Shown here piece by piece: positions 52,531-64,000 of a DNA stretch of 64,000 nucleotides. Source of the DNA: Felis catus (taxonomy: Eukaryota); contig NC_058368.1 of NCBI RefSeq assembly GCF_018350175.1, positions 121,150,001 through 121,214,000 of the forward strand, written 5' to 3'. The translations under genes and the position numbers were made by a program. How positions within the stretch are numbered: position 1 is the stretch's first letter; every line of letters begins with the position of its first letter. Under the pieces are notes generated by a model. It was not told the origin of the DNA and did not search any database. It was given only the letters and a program-made list of their open reading frames with translations.

Positions 52531-52739
52531 ACCCCCCAATTCAAGACTCTTGAGGTCGGTAACACAACCAAAGCTAGGTCAAATTCCTGAAACTGCTTTT
52601 AGTCTGAACTAATCTGGAAACTCCCTTTGGTTCAGACCTTGTTAGTATAGGCCAGTGTAAATGTGCTCTCAGCATTCGTATTGTTTTATTATACACGTGT
52701 AGATTATTATACAAGCAATAGATAGACAAGAAAGCCCCA

Positions 52740-53160
52740 CCGCGCTAGAGCTCTGCTGCGGGTAAGGGGGTGCACACCTACGACTCGGAGAGGTGCCGGG
52801 AGTCCAGAGACCTGGGTGGGCCAGCCCCCCCCCCCCCGCCCTGCCCCCCACCCCCACCCCCACCCCCACGTGGGGAAGGCCGAGGATCCTACCTGGCTGA
52901 GGCGCGGCCGGGGAGGGGGGAGGGGCGCTGGCGGGCCCAGGGCCGCAGGAGCGTCCACATCCGCACCTCCTGGGCCCCCTGCTGGCTGCAGGACCCTGGG
53001 CTGGCGGACTTCTCCTCTTCCAGGCCCCGACCCAGATGAGACATGCAGAGCCTGCACGCTGACCCTTGGCCCCGGAAAAGGAGTTTCCGGTCCGCCCTCC
53101 CCCGGAAGAGAGCGCAGTCTTCAGCTGAGGACCCAGTGAGGACCCCCACGACCTGCGGGC
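52740..53160. promoter_or_regulatory. GC/CpG-rich promoter-like island
   Basis: Abrupt GC and CpG enrichment in an otherwise CpG-depleted window. ETS cores CCGGAA 53072-53077, TTCCGG 53085-53090 and CCGGAAG 53102-53108; GC box CCGCCC 53092-53097; E-box CACGTG near 52867. Confidence 0.65.
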
Positions 53161-55581
53161 CAGTTCTTCAAGTTCGTCACCTCAGGAGTTGGGGACTTTC
53201 CTGAACCAGAGACCTCTCCAGACAACAAGGGCAGAGCAGTACCTGTGCTACCTCGCAGAACATTCTGGAAGAGTTTCTGAGTGACATGGTCTTGGCCCCA
53301 TTCCCAGATGCGAGGCCTTCGGGCCTACCTGTGGCCCCTGAGCACCACCCTCAGTTCTTGCTGAGCCCCAACTTGGGCATCTCTGCTGTTTGCTCAAACT
53401 CGGAACCCACTGAAAACCCACCTGAGGAGGCTGTTGGAGCCTGAGGAAGGTGAGTGCCAGGAGGGGCTGGGGCCAGGGTGATGGGCCCTCTATACTTCAA
53501 AGTCTCCCCCTTCGTGTCGCTGCTGCAGCTGCTCAGAGTGAAAGTTCCACCTTTTACCGCCTTCTCCCCTGGCCCCCATGTCTTCCACCGGCTGTCTTCT
53601 GCCCTAGGAGCCCTTGGTTGGTGGGGTCAGAAGCAGGGGATAGGACATGGCCTGGGCAGCTAATAAGACTGCCAGACCTGGGGTGCCCTTGATGGGGCCA
53701 TGACCTGCCAGATGAGGCTTGTGCTGGTTTCCCTGAGGGCAGGGTGGGTGGGGAGGAGAATCTGGTTCTGTGGAGGGCAAGCCAGCACCTCTGGCCACAG
53801 AGGCTGGGGCATTGCCAGCCAGATCAGCTGGGCTGTGAGCGAGACACTCCTTCCTGGTAGTGGTCACAGGCCAATGGTGAGGTCACTAGGAACAAGTAAG
53901 GAAGCATGTTTGGCCACGGCCCTTTCCTGGCAGATCCAATTGTCTTCATCCAAGGAAGTGGACACTCCCCAAGTTATACGCTCTGTTTCTTCATGGGGAA
54001 GTCATGGCCCCAGGACCAGGTGTGGATCAAGAGGCTTGTGATGCTCACGGTTGTTCCCACGTGACTCAGGGCCCTGTTAGACATGGACCTATTAGGGGGT
54101 GCCTCCTTACTGGAGAACACTGTGGACCCCATATTTCCAACAGCCACCCACTCTCCCTCTCCTCCACTGATACAAGGCCTGCCTCCAGGACCTGGTGGAG
54201 GAATGAATTTCTAGGTCACTGGGGAGGCCTGAGCCCTCACTCTTCATTGTATACATCCTTTGCCTCTCCCCTGGACCAATAAACTGGTTCTTGCCATGGT
54301 TAAGCAAACAAACCCAAACACCCTCAAATATAAAGCAATGTACAGATGGTACAGTGAAAGACCCCACTCTGATAATGGCCCAAAACATGATTCCCCAGAG
54401 AGGGCCATTGGTAAGAGTATTTTAGAGGTTGATGGGCAGTGAGCCTGCAAGACACATCTAGTTTGCAGATGACCACTGAGAATATATGTTTTTTAATATT
54501 TCTAATGGTTGCCAAAAAATAAAAATCAGGAGGTTCATGTAACTGAAATAGTTTTGTGGAGCTTTCAAGGTGGAAGAGAGGCAAATAGACTATCACAAAG
54601 TAGCATGAACAGGACCATGATGTATAGATTTTCTGGGAGAATCCAAGTTCTGTCAACCCATTAGCAAAGAATAGCTGAGGCTGAGTGATGTCAGTTGGTT
54701 TCACATAGAGTGTGCTCTCAAGGTTGTCACAGTCCCCACCTGACCCGTTTATAAAACCAGTCTGGCCCCCTTATGCATCTGGCCCCCTTATGCATCTGAG
54801 TTTGCAATGTCTCTCCTTACAAAGCCCTTCTATAATATTGTGAATAATATGAGCACCGCCTACCATCTTCTTTTCCATTATATGCATGTCAATATACACA
54901 ACTCTACCTATTTGTTCCTCTGTTATGACTACATTATGGTACATGCACAGTCTCTTCCTGCTGGATATTTGGGTCAGCTCCATTTGTCTTCAGTTACAAA
55001 CAGTGTAACAATAAATGCCTTTGTTTGTAACTCTGCATATCTTGTGGGCATTTCTCTTGAATCAACTTCTAAATGGGAAATTACTGAGTCAAAGGGACGC
55101 ACGTATAAAATTTCAATAGATAATGCCAATATGCTGAAGTTGGTTTAGAATCCAAGACTTTTTTTAGCCCAAAGCAAGGGATAAGGAGTGGTTGAGGTTC
55201 AAGAGTGGCATCGAGAGATGAAATGTCCACCATTGGAGCCCTCTTCTTCAACACCCATACCCGTATACTCCTACTCTACCCCTGACTAACGACTACAAAG
55301 ATAATACTGTGAATGGAGAACTAGACCTCACAGGACAAATATATATTAGGATTCTGGCTGACAAATTAATTCTGTGATAAATTGGGGCCTGAAAAACAAA
55401 ATGAGCTAATAGCTCTAGTTATATTTATGAGATTTTTCATTTGTTATTAAAAACAACCTTTTATCCAAATATATTTGGGTAAAATAATAAATCAGTATAT
55501 TTGACCAGTTTTGATTTAGTTTTTTTGGCATTTCTTATTATTGTATGTAAAAAGGAAGTACTCCCCCCCCCCCCCCCCCCC

Positions 55582-55807
55582 GGCGCGCCTGGGTGGCTCA
55601 GTTCATTGAGCGTTCAGACTTCGGCTCAGGTCATGATCTCGCGGTCTGTGAATTTGAGCCCCGTGTTGGACTTTGCTGACAGCTCAGAGCCTGGAACCTA
55701 CTTCAGATTCTGTGTCTCGCTCTCTCTCTTCGCCCCTGTCCCACTCACTCACACGCTGTCTCCTTCCCTCTCTTTCTCTCTCTCTCTCTCAAAAATAAAC
55801 ATTAAAA

Positions 55808-55874
<67 letters not shown>

Positions 55875-55876
55875 AT
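55582..55876 (+). mobile_element. CAN-SINE with expanded (AAAT)n tail, preceded by poly-C
   Basis: ggcgcgcctgggtggctcag head; about 18 AAAT units at 55805-55876. Confidence 0.93.
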
Positions 55877-56486
55877 AGAAGTACCCTCTGATATTCCTTC
55901 TGTTTGTATTTCAGGCTTATTTCCCTTTCTGTTTCTAGTAGATTAACCTGATGTTACTGTGTGCAGGCCGCTTATATTTCCAAGGTTTGGGTTCTTCTGA
56001 ATGGAAGTAAAGATAAAAATCTGCAGTCAAAATTGCAATACAGTATTGATTAAAATAGCCTCTTTTTTACGATAAATGCAGCACATGGGATGTCTTGAAG
56101 GTTAGAAGTGCAGACTGCCTGGGCATCAAGCCTGACTTCCCCAAGCACTGTCGAGGGCAATGCTGTCTCTATGCTTCTGTTTCCTCATCTATGAAGATGG
56201 GAGTAATAATAGGGTTATAGTTCTTCGCACAGAATCTGGCACAAAATAATGTTAATTGTTATTATTTATTCCAGCATAATAGCCAGCCCCACCCCCTCTG
56301 AAAGTTCTGCAGGGTGCTGCAGTGCCCCAAACCATATAAGCCTCTAGGCAGCTACTCTGAGTTGACATTCATGTCATGGCTAAATCGGAATGAATAACTC
56401 CTTCAGGAAAAGAAACCAGGAGTTGGGCTCAGTTTGAAACTATACTTTAGATGCAAAACGACAGATAATAAGAGGCCTGGTAAGAG

Positions 56487-56730
56487 AATAATAGCTGACC
56501 TTTACTGAGCACTTACTCTCTGTCACACTCTTTGAAGCATTTTATGAGCATTTTCTCACTACATGCTCACAATAATCCTATGGAGTAAGTGCTATTATTA
56601 TCATCCTCGTTTTACAGATGAGAAAACCAAGTACAGAGTGTTTAATCAACTTGCTATAGGTCACACTGTTATTTAATAAGATGACACAGACCTTCTGACT
56701 CCAGAGTTTCTGCTCTTAACCACCATATTA
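56487..56730 (-). mobile_element. MIR SINE
   Basis: aataatagctgacctttactgagcacttact...ttttacagatgagaaaacc...cttaaccac. Confidence 0.8.
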
Positions 56731-58059
56731 AGTTAGAAGCAATCACAGAAAAAAGGTAAATCACAGGACAAAAAGATGAATTCAGATATCGTCAACTAGT
56801 ATCGTTCAAGCAACTTTTACGCACCAGATGCTTTTCTAAGTGGTACCAATACATGTTAGGAAGCGTGTTCCTTACCGCAAGCCTGAGAAGTACTTATTAC
56901 TGAGAGCACTTTTATGGATGAGGCTTAAGCTGTTTAATACCCCGGGTCACAGAATTGTTAATACTGGAGGTGGGTTTCCAAAGCATTCCCAGGCTTTCTC
57001 CCTAGGAATGCGCTAAGAATTCCAAACACAAATGAGTCGTCCTCATCACTCAGCAAATATTTATTAAGCACTTAGAGAGTCAGGCACAAATGAACAATAC
57101 AGAGATGGTTCCAGCACTATGGAACAGAGATTATGTGGAAGAGAGATACAATTTATAAGGCCAAGTGAGTAAATAACATAATATTATATAACTAATATAT
57201 AATTAACACCATTACAGGGCTCAAGAAATGTCTAATTGATTTGACAAATGTTTATAGTCAGTTGTAGGAAAATTATTCTAATTCTTAAAAAAAAAAAAGA
57301 CATTTTCTTCTCATGTATTTGTTATCATAGCAGACCCCATCTATGAAGAGAGACATCTAGGACTAATCAGGGTATTTAGGGGATTACTCGGTTTTGCAAC
57401 TTTCCCACCTGTGATCAAAAGTGTAAGATTGTGGTTACCCAATAGCCTAGGCAAACTGTCAGCTTTTGCACAGACTTGCCCCGAGTTTAATAAGAATTAA
57501 GGTTGCATCCTGCTCATGGTTTTGAATCAAAACATTTACTGATTTCATCAGAAAGGAAACAGTAAAGGAAGAGGAGGAAGACCGGTTAGGAGTGATTATA
57601 GCCCTTTCCCTTTGTAAGGCACAGTATCTGTTATGGCTTAGCATCTACATACAGCAGTTTCGGAGCTTTGTAATTTATTTTTCTTTTTAATGGCTGTGTT
57701 ATCAATGGTAATGCATAGGGTATTAGTGTTACCAGATTTAACTCTCCCTGTTGTAAATGTTTTAGTAAAGCTAAAGTGATTTCAGCCATCTTAATTATCT
57801 TTGAAAATTTTACACCAGTAACATATGCTCATTGTAGAAAAATTAGAAAAACACATGAACCAAATGGAAAAAATTTAAATCAACTAATAAGTCTAGAAGC
57901 CAGAAATAATTGTTGCTGATGGTTTTGCATACATTCCTCTAGTCTCAATATTATATATTTATGTATTATTCTTAAATAAGTTAGGCTCATACAGCTTATA
58001 AATTTCTGTATTTAGTTCATTATGAATGTTCTTTATGTCATTAAATATACATCTCCCCA

Positions 58060-58260
58060 GGGGTGCCTGGGTGGCTCAGTCAGTTAAGGGTCTAACTTTG
58101 GCCCAGGTCATGATCCCACAGTTCGTGACTTCAAGCCCACGCTGGGCTCTCTGCTGTCAGTGTGGAACCTGCTTCATATCCTCTGTTCCCCTCTCTCTCT
58201 GCCCCTCCCCTGCTTGCATCTCTCTGTCTCTCTCAAAATAAATAAATTAACTTTAAAATA
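58060..58260 (+). mobile_element. CAN-SINE within an old L1 fragment
   Basis: TSD aaatatacatctcc. Confidence 0.9.
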
Positions 58261-58770
58261 AATATACATCTCCACTATCATTTTTGATAGTATATATAAA
58301 ATATATATATATATATATTCAATAGTATATGTATATTTGATAGTATACACACACACATGTATATATATACTGTTTACACACTTCCCTGTTGAACATTAAG
58401 AATGTTTTTAACATTTTACTATTAAAAGTGATTATATGAGGAACATACTGGGGTATAAATTTATTTACATTAGTATATATTTCTAGGAGTACTATTTTAG
58501 GGTCAAAGGGTAGGGACATATTTACAAGGTTTTGAGTATATCTTTTTTACTTGTTTCATTTTTTCTTTTTTTGTTTAACTTTTTATTTTGAAATAATTAT
58601 GAACACAAGAAGTTGCAAAAATGGTACAGAGAAGTCCCTTACATCCTTTAACCAGCTTCTATATATAAAGTGGTAATATCTTATATATAATACAGTATGA
58701 AAACTAGGAAATTGACATTGGCACAATACAATAAGTTACTACAGACTTTACTTGGATTTGACCAGCTGAA

Positions 58771-58997
58771 TTTTTTTTTAATTTTTTTAATGTTTATTTA
58801 CTTTTGAAGGAGAGAGAGACAGACTTTGAGTTGGGGGGTGGGGGGTGGGCAGAGAGAGGGAGACACAGAATCTGAAGCAGGATCCAGGCTCTGAGCTGTC
58901 AGCACAGAGCCCAACTTGGGGCTCAAACCCACAAACCGTGAGATCGTGACCTGAGCTGAAGTCGGACGCTCAACCGACTGAGCCACCCAGGCGCCCC
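58771..58997 (-). mobile_element. CAN-SINE
   Basis: TSD tgaccagctga. Confidence 0.93.
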
Positions 58998-59145
58998 TGA
59001 CCAGCTGATTTTTAATATTAACAGAATGGTAAGATGCATTCTTACTTACTTTCCTACTTTCCCTTCTTGCACAATTGCCTTTAGGATTCCCTTCTAATCA
59101 CTTAGAGGAAGAAATACAACTGTGTTTATTAGATAACTGTCTTCA

Positions 59146-59353
59146 GGGTACCTGGGTGGCACAGTTGGCTAAGCATCCAACTCTTGATTTCAGCTCAGGC
59201 CATGATCTCAAGGTTCGTGGATTCAAGCCCCACATTGGGCTCTCTGCTGTTAGTGCAGAACCCACTTCAGATCCTCTCTCCTCTCCCTTCCCCCCCTCTC
59301 TTTTTCTCTCTCTTTCCCCCTCTCTCAAAACTAACATTTAAAAAATTAAAAAG
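59146..59353 (+). mobile_element. CAN-SINE (older)
   Basis: TSD tagataactgtcttc / tagattaatgtcttc. Confidence 0.9.
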
Positions 59354-59387
59354 TAGATTAATGTCTTCTATTAAAAACGAAGATGAA

Positions 59388-59606
59388 GGGGCGCCTGGGT
59401 GGCTCAGTCGGTTAAGCGGCCGACTTCAGCTCAGGTCACGATCTCACGGTTTGTGGGTTTGAGCCCCGCGTCGGGCTCTGTGCTGACAGCTCAGACCCTG
59501 GAGCCCGTCTCAGATTCTGTGTCTCCCTCTCTCTCTGCCCCTCCCCTGTTCATGCTCTGTCTCTCTCTGTCTCAAAAATAAATAAACGTTAAAAAAAATT
59601 TAAAAA
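59388..59606 (+). mobile_element. young feline CAN-SINE
   Basis: Near consensus; TSD aaaaa(c/t)gaagatgaa. Confidence 0.95.
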
Positions 59607-60999
59607 AAAAATGAAGATGAAGAACTGTAAGTAAGAATCCCTCCCCAGGTGTGCAAATGGTGAACTATGATTTATGGTGCATAAAATGGGTGGGGCTCTG
59701 CCCTTCTTTTGGTTCTTCACAGTGCTTGTGATTTGTTTAGAATACACTAGAAGAGAGTATCCCAAAGCCTGGGTTACCCCAACAGAAAATGGTTAACACA
59801 AAATCACACAGTAAGGAAGTTACTATTTTCTCCTTCACTCTTCTGATTGTCAAAGAGAAAGCCTCAGTGTGTGTCTATGGTAAACAGCATAAAGAATAGG
59901 ATGCAAATGACTGAAGTTAGGGATATACAGGGTTAGAGCATCTTGGTCCGTAAAGAACTGACCAACCACATGTTCTGGCATATTCTTCTTTGGGTTTAGT
60001 TTGGATTAGAGGAGAACCATCTGATTTTTGGTTTTCTTATAGGATCTGCCTGCAAAAAAAGAAGATAAGAAGAATCCTACATCTATTAAGCATTTATTGT
60101 ATGCATCATTTCACTGACTCCTCAGAACAACCCAATGAGACAGGCTCTATTAGTAACCTCATTTTATACATAAGGAATTCAAGGAACAGAGGAATGGAGT
60201 AATTTGACCAAGTGTTCCATCTAGTAACTGGCAGAGCTGAGATTCAAAGCAGGTCTATTAGACTTTAAAGCCATACTCTTGACTGCTGGTTTCTCGTTAA
60301 ACTTAAGGACCTTAAGTCGTCTCTATAAAATGTCGGTTGGAGTTCTCTTTGCTAGGAGTTTGGGTCATTTGACTGTGGGTCTAGTGATTGCATACCAATA
60401 CCCTAAAGTACACTGCTCACCTACTGACATCCTCCTGATTGGGGAGGAAATTTCACAATCAACTTCATTTGGGGCCTGCATCTTTCAAAGAAGGAAAGAA
60501 TATCTCATAGGCATTCAACCCCTGCCATTCTGCTTTCCTCCATTTTTCCACTACTGGAAAGCTTCCCATTTTCCTCCAATAATTCCTCTCCTTGGATACT
60601 TCCAAAGGTTTCACAGAGGCCAACCTAGCCTCAGAGGAACATTAAAATGAAGTTTCGTTTAAATATTGAAAACATTTCCACATTTATACTAGGTACTGAG
60701 GAAAGATGGCGAAGAAGTACAAAACTTGGCCTCTGCCATAGAGAGTCCAGTAAGTCAAGAAAGTCCTCCTGAACCCTTCTGTTACAATGCTTTAGATTTC
60801 TAAGTGCTTGAACCCCTTTGGTGGGTTTATGGATTGCTTTACAAATGATTAACTTTAGGGCAAAGAGCCTGAGACCACCAAAGAGTTAAGAACCAGCCAA
60901 ATGAAAATAACACAACTCTAAAATTATAATTCCAATAAATAAGTAAATCTGACAAAAAAGGCATACTTCTTTTGTGACCTAATTTTAAATTGGAAAGAA

Positions 61000-61400
61000 A
61001 CTATCTTAGCCTGAAACAAAGGGTTGCTTGTTTGAGGGCAATTTATTTGAGAGCAAGGGTTAGGGATGGTGGAGTGATACAGAGAATGAGGAAGAGACAG
61101 TACAGGGGTACATTACTGCATTAGCCATTCAGTGGATGCATGGTACTCGTCCCACAGAACCTTATGAAGAGCATTATGAAACCTCAGAACTACGTGCTCC
61201 AAAAGATGAAAGGGGAAGGTGTTTATCCATAGATTCCCCATTAGTCAAGGGTGGTCCACACTTCTGGATCATGCATATGTGGGTGTATAGCAAGCTCCTG
61301 AGGGTATCCCATACAGCAGCATCAGGGAAGCAGCAGGGCTGGAGGCAAGAGATGTATGGCAGGGTCCTGAGCAAAGACGCTTCCAGGTAGGATATACCCG
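61000..61400. mobile_element. old ERVL-type LTR-like fragment
   Basis: agcctgaaacaaagg...tttatttgagag...tttatccatagattcccc pattern; family uncertain. Confidence 0.4.
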
Positions 61401-61654
61401 AATCTGAAAAATTTCTTAGACTAAGAGATGAGCCTAACAATATTCCAAGTGGCTCCCCAGAGGTGTCCAAGGTAAAATGATTATCAACAGTTTGGTGCGG
61501 GCACTTGGCTGGCTCAGTCAGTAGAGCACGTGACTCCTGGTTGTGACTCTTAAGCCCCACACTGGGCGTGGAGCCTAGTCAGACAAACAAACAAACACAA
61601 AAACCAGTTTGTTGTACATCTGTCCAGACACGTTTTTTTTTTTTTTTTTGAGAA

Positions 61655-62245
61655 TATCATTCATTCATTAATAAACCATTCAAAAACATTTATTAAACAA
61701 CCACATGCCAGTCACTGTGTTAGGTTTGAGGGAAAGAGCAGTGACAAGACACATAAGTGCCTTGCTTTCTTGGAGCTTGTCTGTTTGGGGAATCAGGCAT
61801 TAAATCATTAAAGCATAATTACCAAATTACGATTGTGATGACTGCTATGAAGGACAAGTACAGGATGATAAACTCTCTAGTCATGAGAATCAAGGAAGGC
61901 TTCCCTGAGGAAGTGGCATTTAAGCTAAAACTTGCAGAGGAGGGGGTAAAAAAAGCAAAGGGTGGGGGAGAGTAAGTAGGAAGAGAGGAAGAGTGTAACT
62001 AGCAACTGTGAATCACAGAGAAAGAAGAGCACAACAAATACCTCATGGCAGAAAACCTTGAACTCCTCAGTAAAGAGAGAAAGCCAGTGGGACTGGTGTG
62101 GGTGAGTGAAGGAGAGATGTGGGGTAAGTTGAGGCAGGAGAGGTAAGCAGGAGCCAGATTACACCAGAAAAGGGATTTGGGTATTACCTAAAGTCAGTGG
62201 GAACCTACTAAAAGGTTGTGAACAGGGTAGCAGTATGATCAGATT
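61655..62245 (-). mobile_element. L2 fragment
   Basis: tcattcattcatt...catttattaa...atcaaggaaggcttccctgaggaagtggcatttaagct. Confidence 0.8.
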
Positions 62246-62247
62246 GG

Positions 62248-62259
62248 CTTGCTTGCTTG

Positions 62260-62302
<43 letters not shown>

Positions 62303-62303
62303 T
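62248..62303. repeat. (CTTG)n(CTTT)n microsatellite
   Basis: Directly visible. Confidence 0.95.
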
Positions 62304-64000
62304 TACATAAATGGACATATATTTGTAAATATAAGCAGCAAGAAAACTCCTAAACATACCACACAGGTATTTTAAAAGTACAGCCTGTACTCATTATGTA
62401 ACAGTATAAATATAAAAAGGAGTGTTGATGGGATGGGAGCAGTGGAGGTGGTGGCCTGAGCCTGGAGTCTGGGAAGGCAGGCATCATTCACCTTTCTGTT
62501 TATTTTGAGGAACTACTTGTTCATCTGACTTGACGCCAAGGTAGTATTTGGGTAAGCCAGGATGAAATCCCCAGTTAAAAGTCTCCCCTTTCTTCAAAAG
62601 CTTCTAAAGTTTCTACCGAGATAACCCCATCCGTGGGTGGTATAGGGGACCACCTACAGGGTTTGATTTGAGAGGTGCTAAAAGACCACTCCTGCTCAGT
62701 GTAAACTTTGTCTGTCCTTCACTAGTGCCTGACATTCTCCCATCACGTTGCTATTCTGCTGAATCATCAACTGCCAGATAAGCTAACACAGAACAGCCTA
62801 CTGGATCTATCCCGCCTTCCTGGAATGGAACTGGGTTTTTGAGTTTTGTCAGGGCTGGGAGGGTTTGAAGTTACTTGAGACCACTGACTATGTAGTCGCA
62901 TAGAGGAGCCTTGAGACTGGACAGGTTATATCATTTTGGCTTAGGGTGGATCTGAGATCAGCTGATATGTACAGTCTGGACATATGTATAGATGTGTATG
63001 GATTTAAACAGTAAAGATGTATCAGTATACTTGCGGCATGCACATAACTTTATAGGCCCTGGGATTGGGCCAACCTGAGTTCAGATCGTAAACTCTGCAA
63101 TCTTGGCAAAGTTACAGCACCTATCTTATTGGGTGGTTGGTAGGATTTAATGAGCAATCTGTTTGAAGTCTTAGCGCTGGTCCATGGCATACAGCAAGTG
63201 CTTCATAAAAGTTACTGTTACGATTATATGTATGTTTATGCAAGTTATGTGTGTACATGTGCTTGTAGGTGCAGGTACGGACATCTAAGGGAGGTGGAGT
63301 GTTTAAGAACAAGAGAGGGAAGGAGGGAAAATGTTGCCCACCCCTGCAGCAGGAGTTCTGGCACTGGAGCAGACCTTTCTAGAGGGTGAGGCCACTGTGG
63401 AGCAGCTCACAGAGCAGAGGGCCCAGCTTTACCAAGTGGGAAAAAGAGCAAGGAACAAGGGTGTCAGACTACAAGGGGCTTCCTGATGAGCACAGAACCT
63501 ATAAAAGTGGAAATTATTGAAGGAGACAGGCAACAGAATGGGATTTGATGTCAATGAAGCCCAAAAAAACCTTCATAAAAGAGAGATGAAAAAAGACTCG
63601 AAAATGGTCTCTGAAATTGACACGTACTCAAATCTGGTGTCTGTGCTCAGAAGACACGTGACTCTGTCTGCTCCATCCTAAAGCCCCCTCCTGTTTTGAG
63701 CTCCACGCGTCTTTGCTTTTTCAGAAATAACATGGAAGAACTTTGTAAAACATGTAATCCATCACCATCCGTTCTCAGGCCTCGTGGTCCCCTCTTAAGA
63801 TTTTCCCATGGAGTTGTGGCTAAGTGCTTTCCGCATAGTAAAGAACTGTCATCCTTAAGTTGAGGGAGAAGATATAGTTTAAAAAAAAAAAAAACAAACA
63901 CCAGTTTCTTCTCTCAGCTCTACCTAACTTACTGGGCAACTTCAAGGAATCTCTTGATCTCTGTGGGCATAGCTGTCTCACCTGCAAAAGCAGTTGATTG

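Larger units (their letters stand above)
53350..62557 (+). pseudogene. speculative decayed spliced gene or lncRNA (chain of exon-like segments)
   Basis: AG...GT-bounded segments ending at 53449 and at 54346-54410, 55942-55984, 57331-57371, 57474-57584, 59085-59626 and 62510-62551, with mostly compatible phases. Selected by eye; no homologue recognised. Confidence 0.25.

Noticed and set aside
52669..53149. Several overlapping Pro/Gly/Arg-rich ORFs
   Set aside because: Expected from stop-codon scarcity in GC-rich DNA; present in many frames on both strands.
10528..59581. Many similar ~60-100 aa ORFs (MAQSVKRPTSAQV..., GAPGWLS...)
   Set aside because: Translations of CAN-SINE copies, not a gene family.
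60020..60202. Acceptor-like site at ~60041 and a 70-aa ORF as another exon of the plus-strand chain
   Set aside because: It runs almost immediately into MIR sequence, with no convincing donor.
52740..64000. SH3RF2 (usual neighbour of GRXCR2) starting at the CpG island
   Set aside because: No RING-domain coding exon is visible in the window. A distant splice link cannot be excluded but is unsupported.
1..64000. CRISPR array, tRNA/rRNA genes or a prokaryotic defence system
   Set aside because: No regularly spaced repeat-spacer arrays or operon-like ORFs. The tRNA-like A/B boxes all belong to SINE heads.

Overview
Mammalian genomic DNA, almost certainly from a felid, judged by about 35 feline-type CAN-SINEs (SINEC_Fc-like). 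The only confidently identified protein-coding gene is GRXCR2, the hair-cell glutaredoxin and cysteine-rich domain protein 2, on the minus strand. Its three coding exons (15955-15620, 8872-8645, 3332-3150) give an intact 747-nt / 248-aa ORF with canonical GT-AG junctions. The rest is repeat-rich: SINEs, L1, L2, MIR, MaLR-like LTRs, hAT-Charlie elements and microsatellites. Less obvious structure: (i) a decayed class I (gamma-like) ERV about 2.5 kb upstream of GRXCR2, with readable env-TM, integrase and gag-like remnants and a 3' LTR; (ii) an orphan GC/CpG-rich, ETS/Sp1-type promoter at about 52.7-53.45 kb, flanked by divergent splice donors; (iii) a speculative chain of plus-strand exon-like segments downstream of it, one split by two SINEs; (iv) a 35-nt tailless U2 snRNA retrocopy inside a SINE tail. 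Repeat family names and boundaries are by eye and approximate. No prokaryotic-type system (CRISPR etc.) is present.
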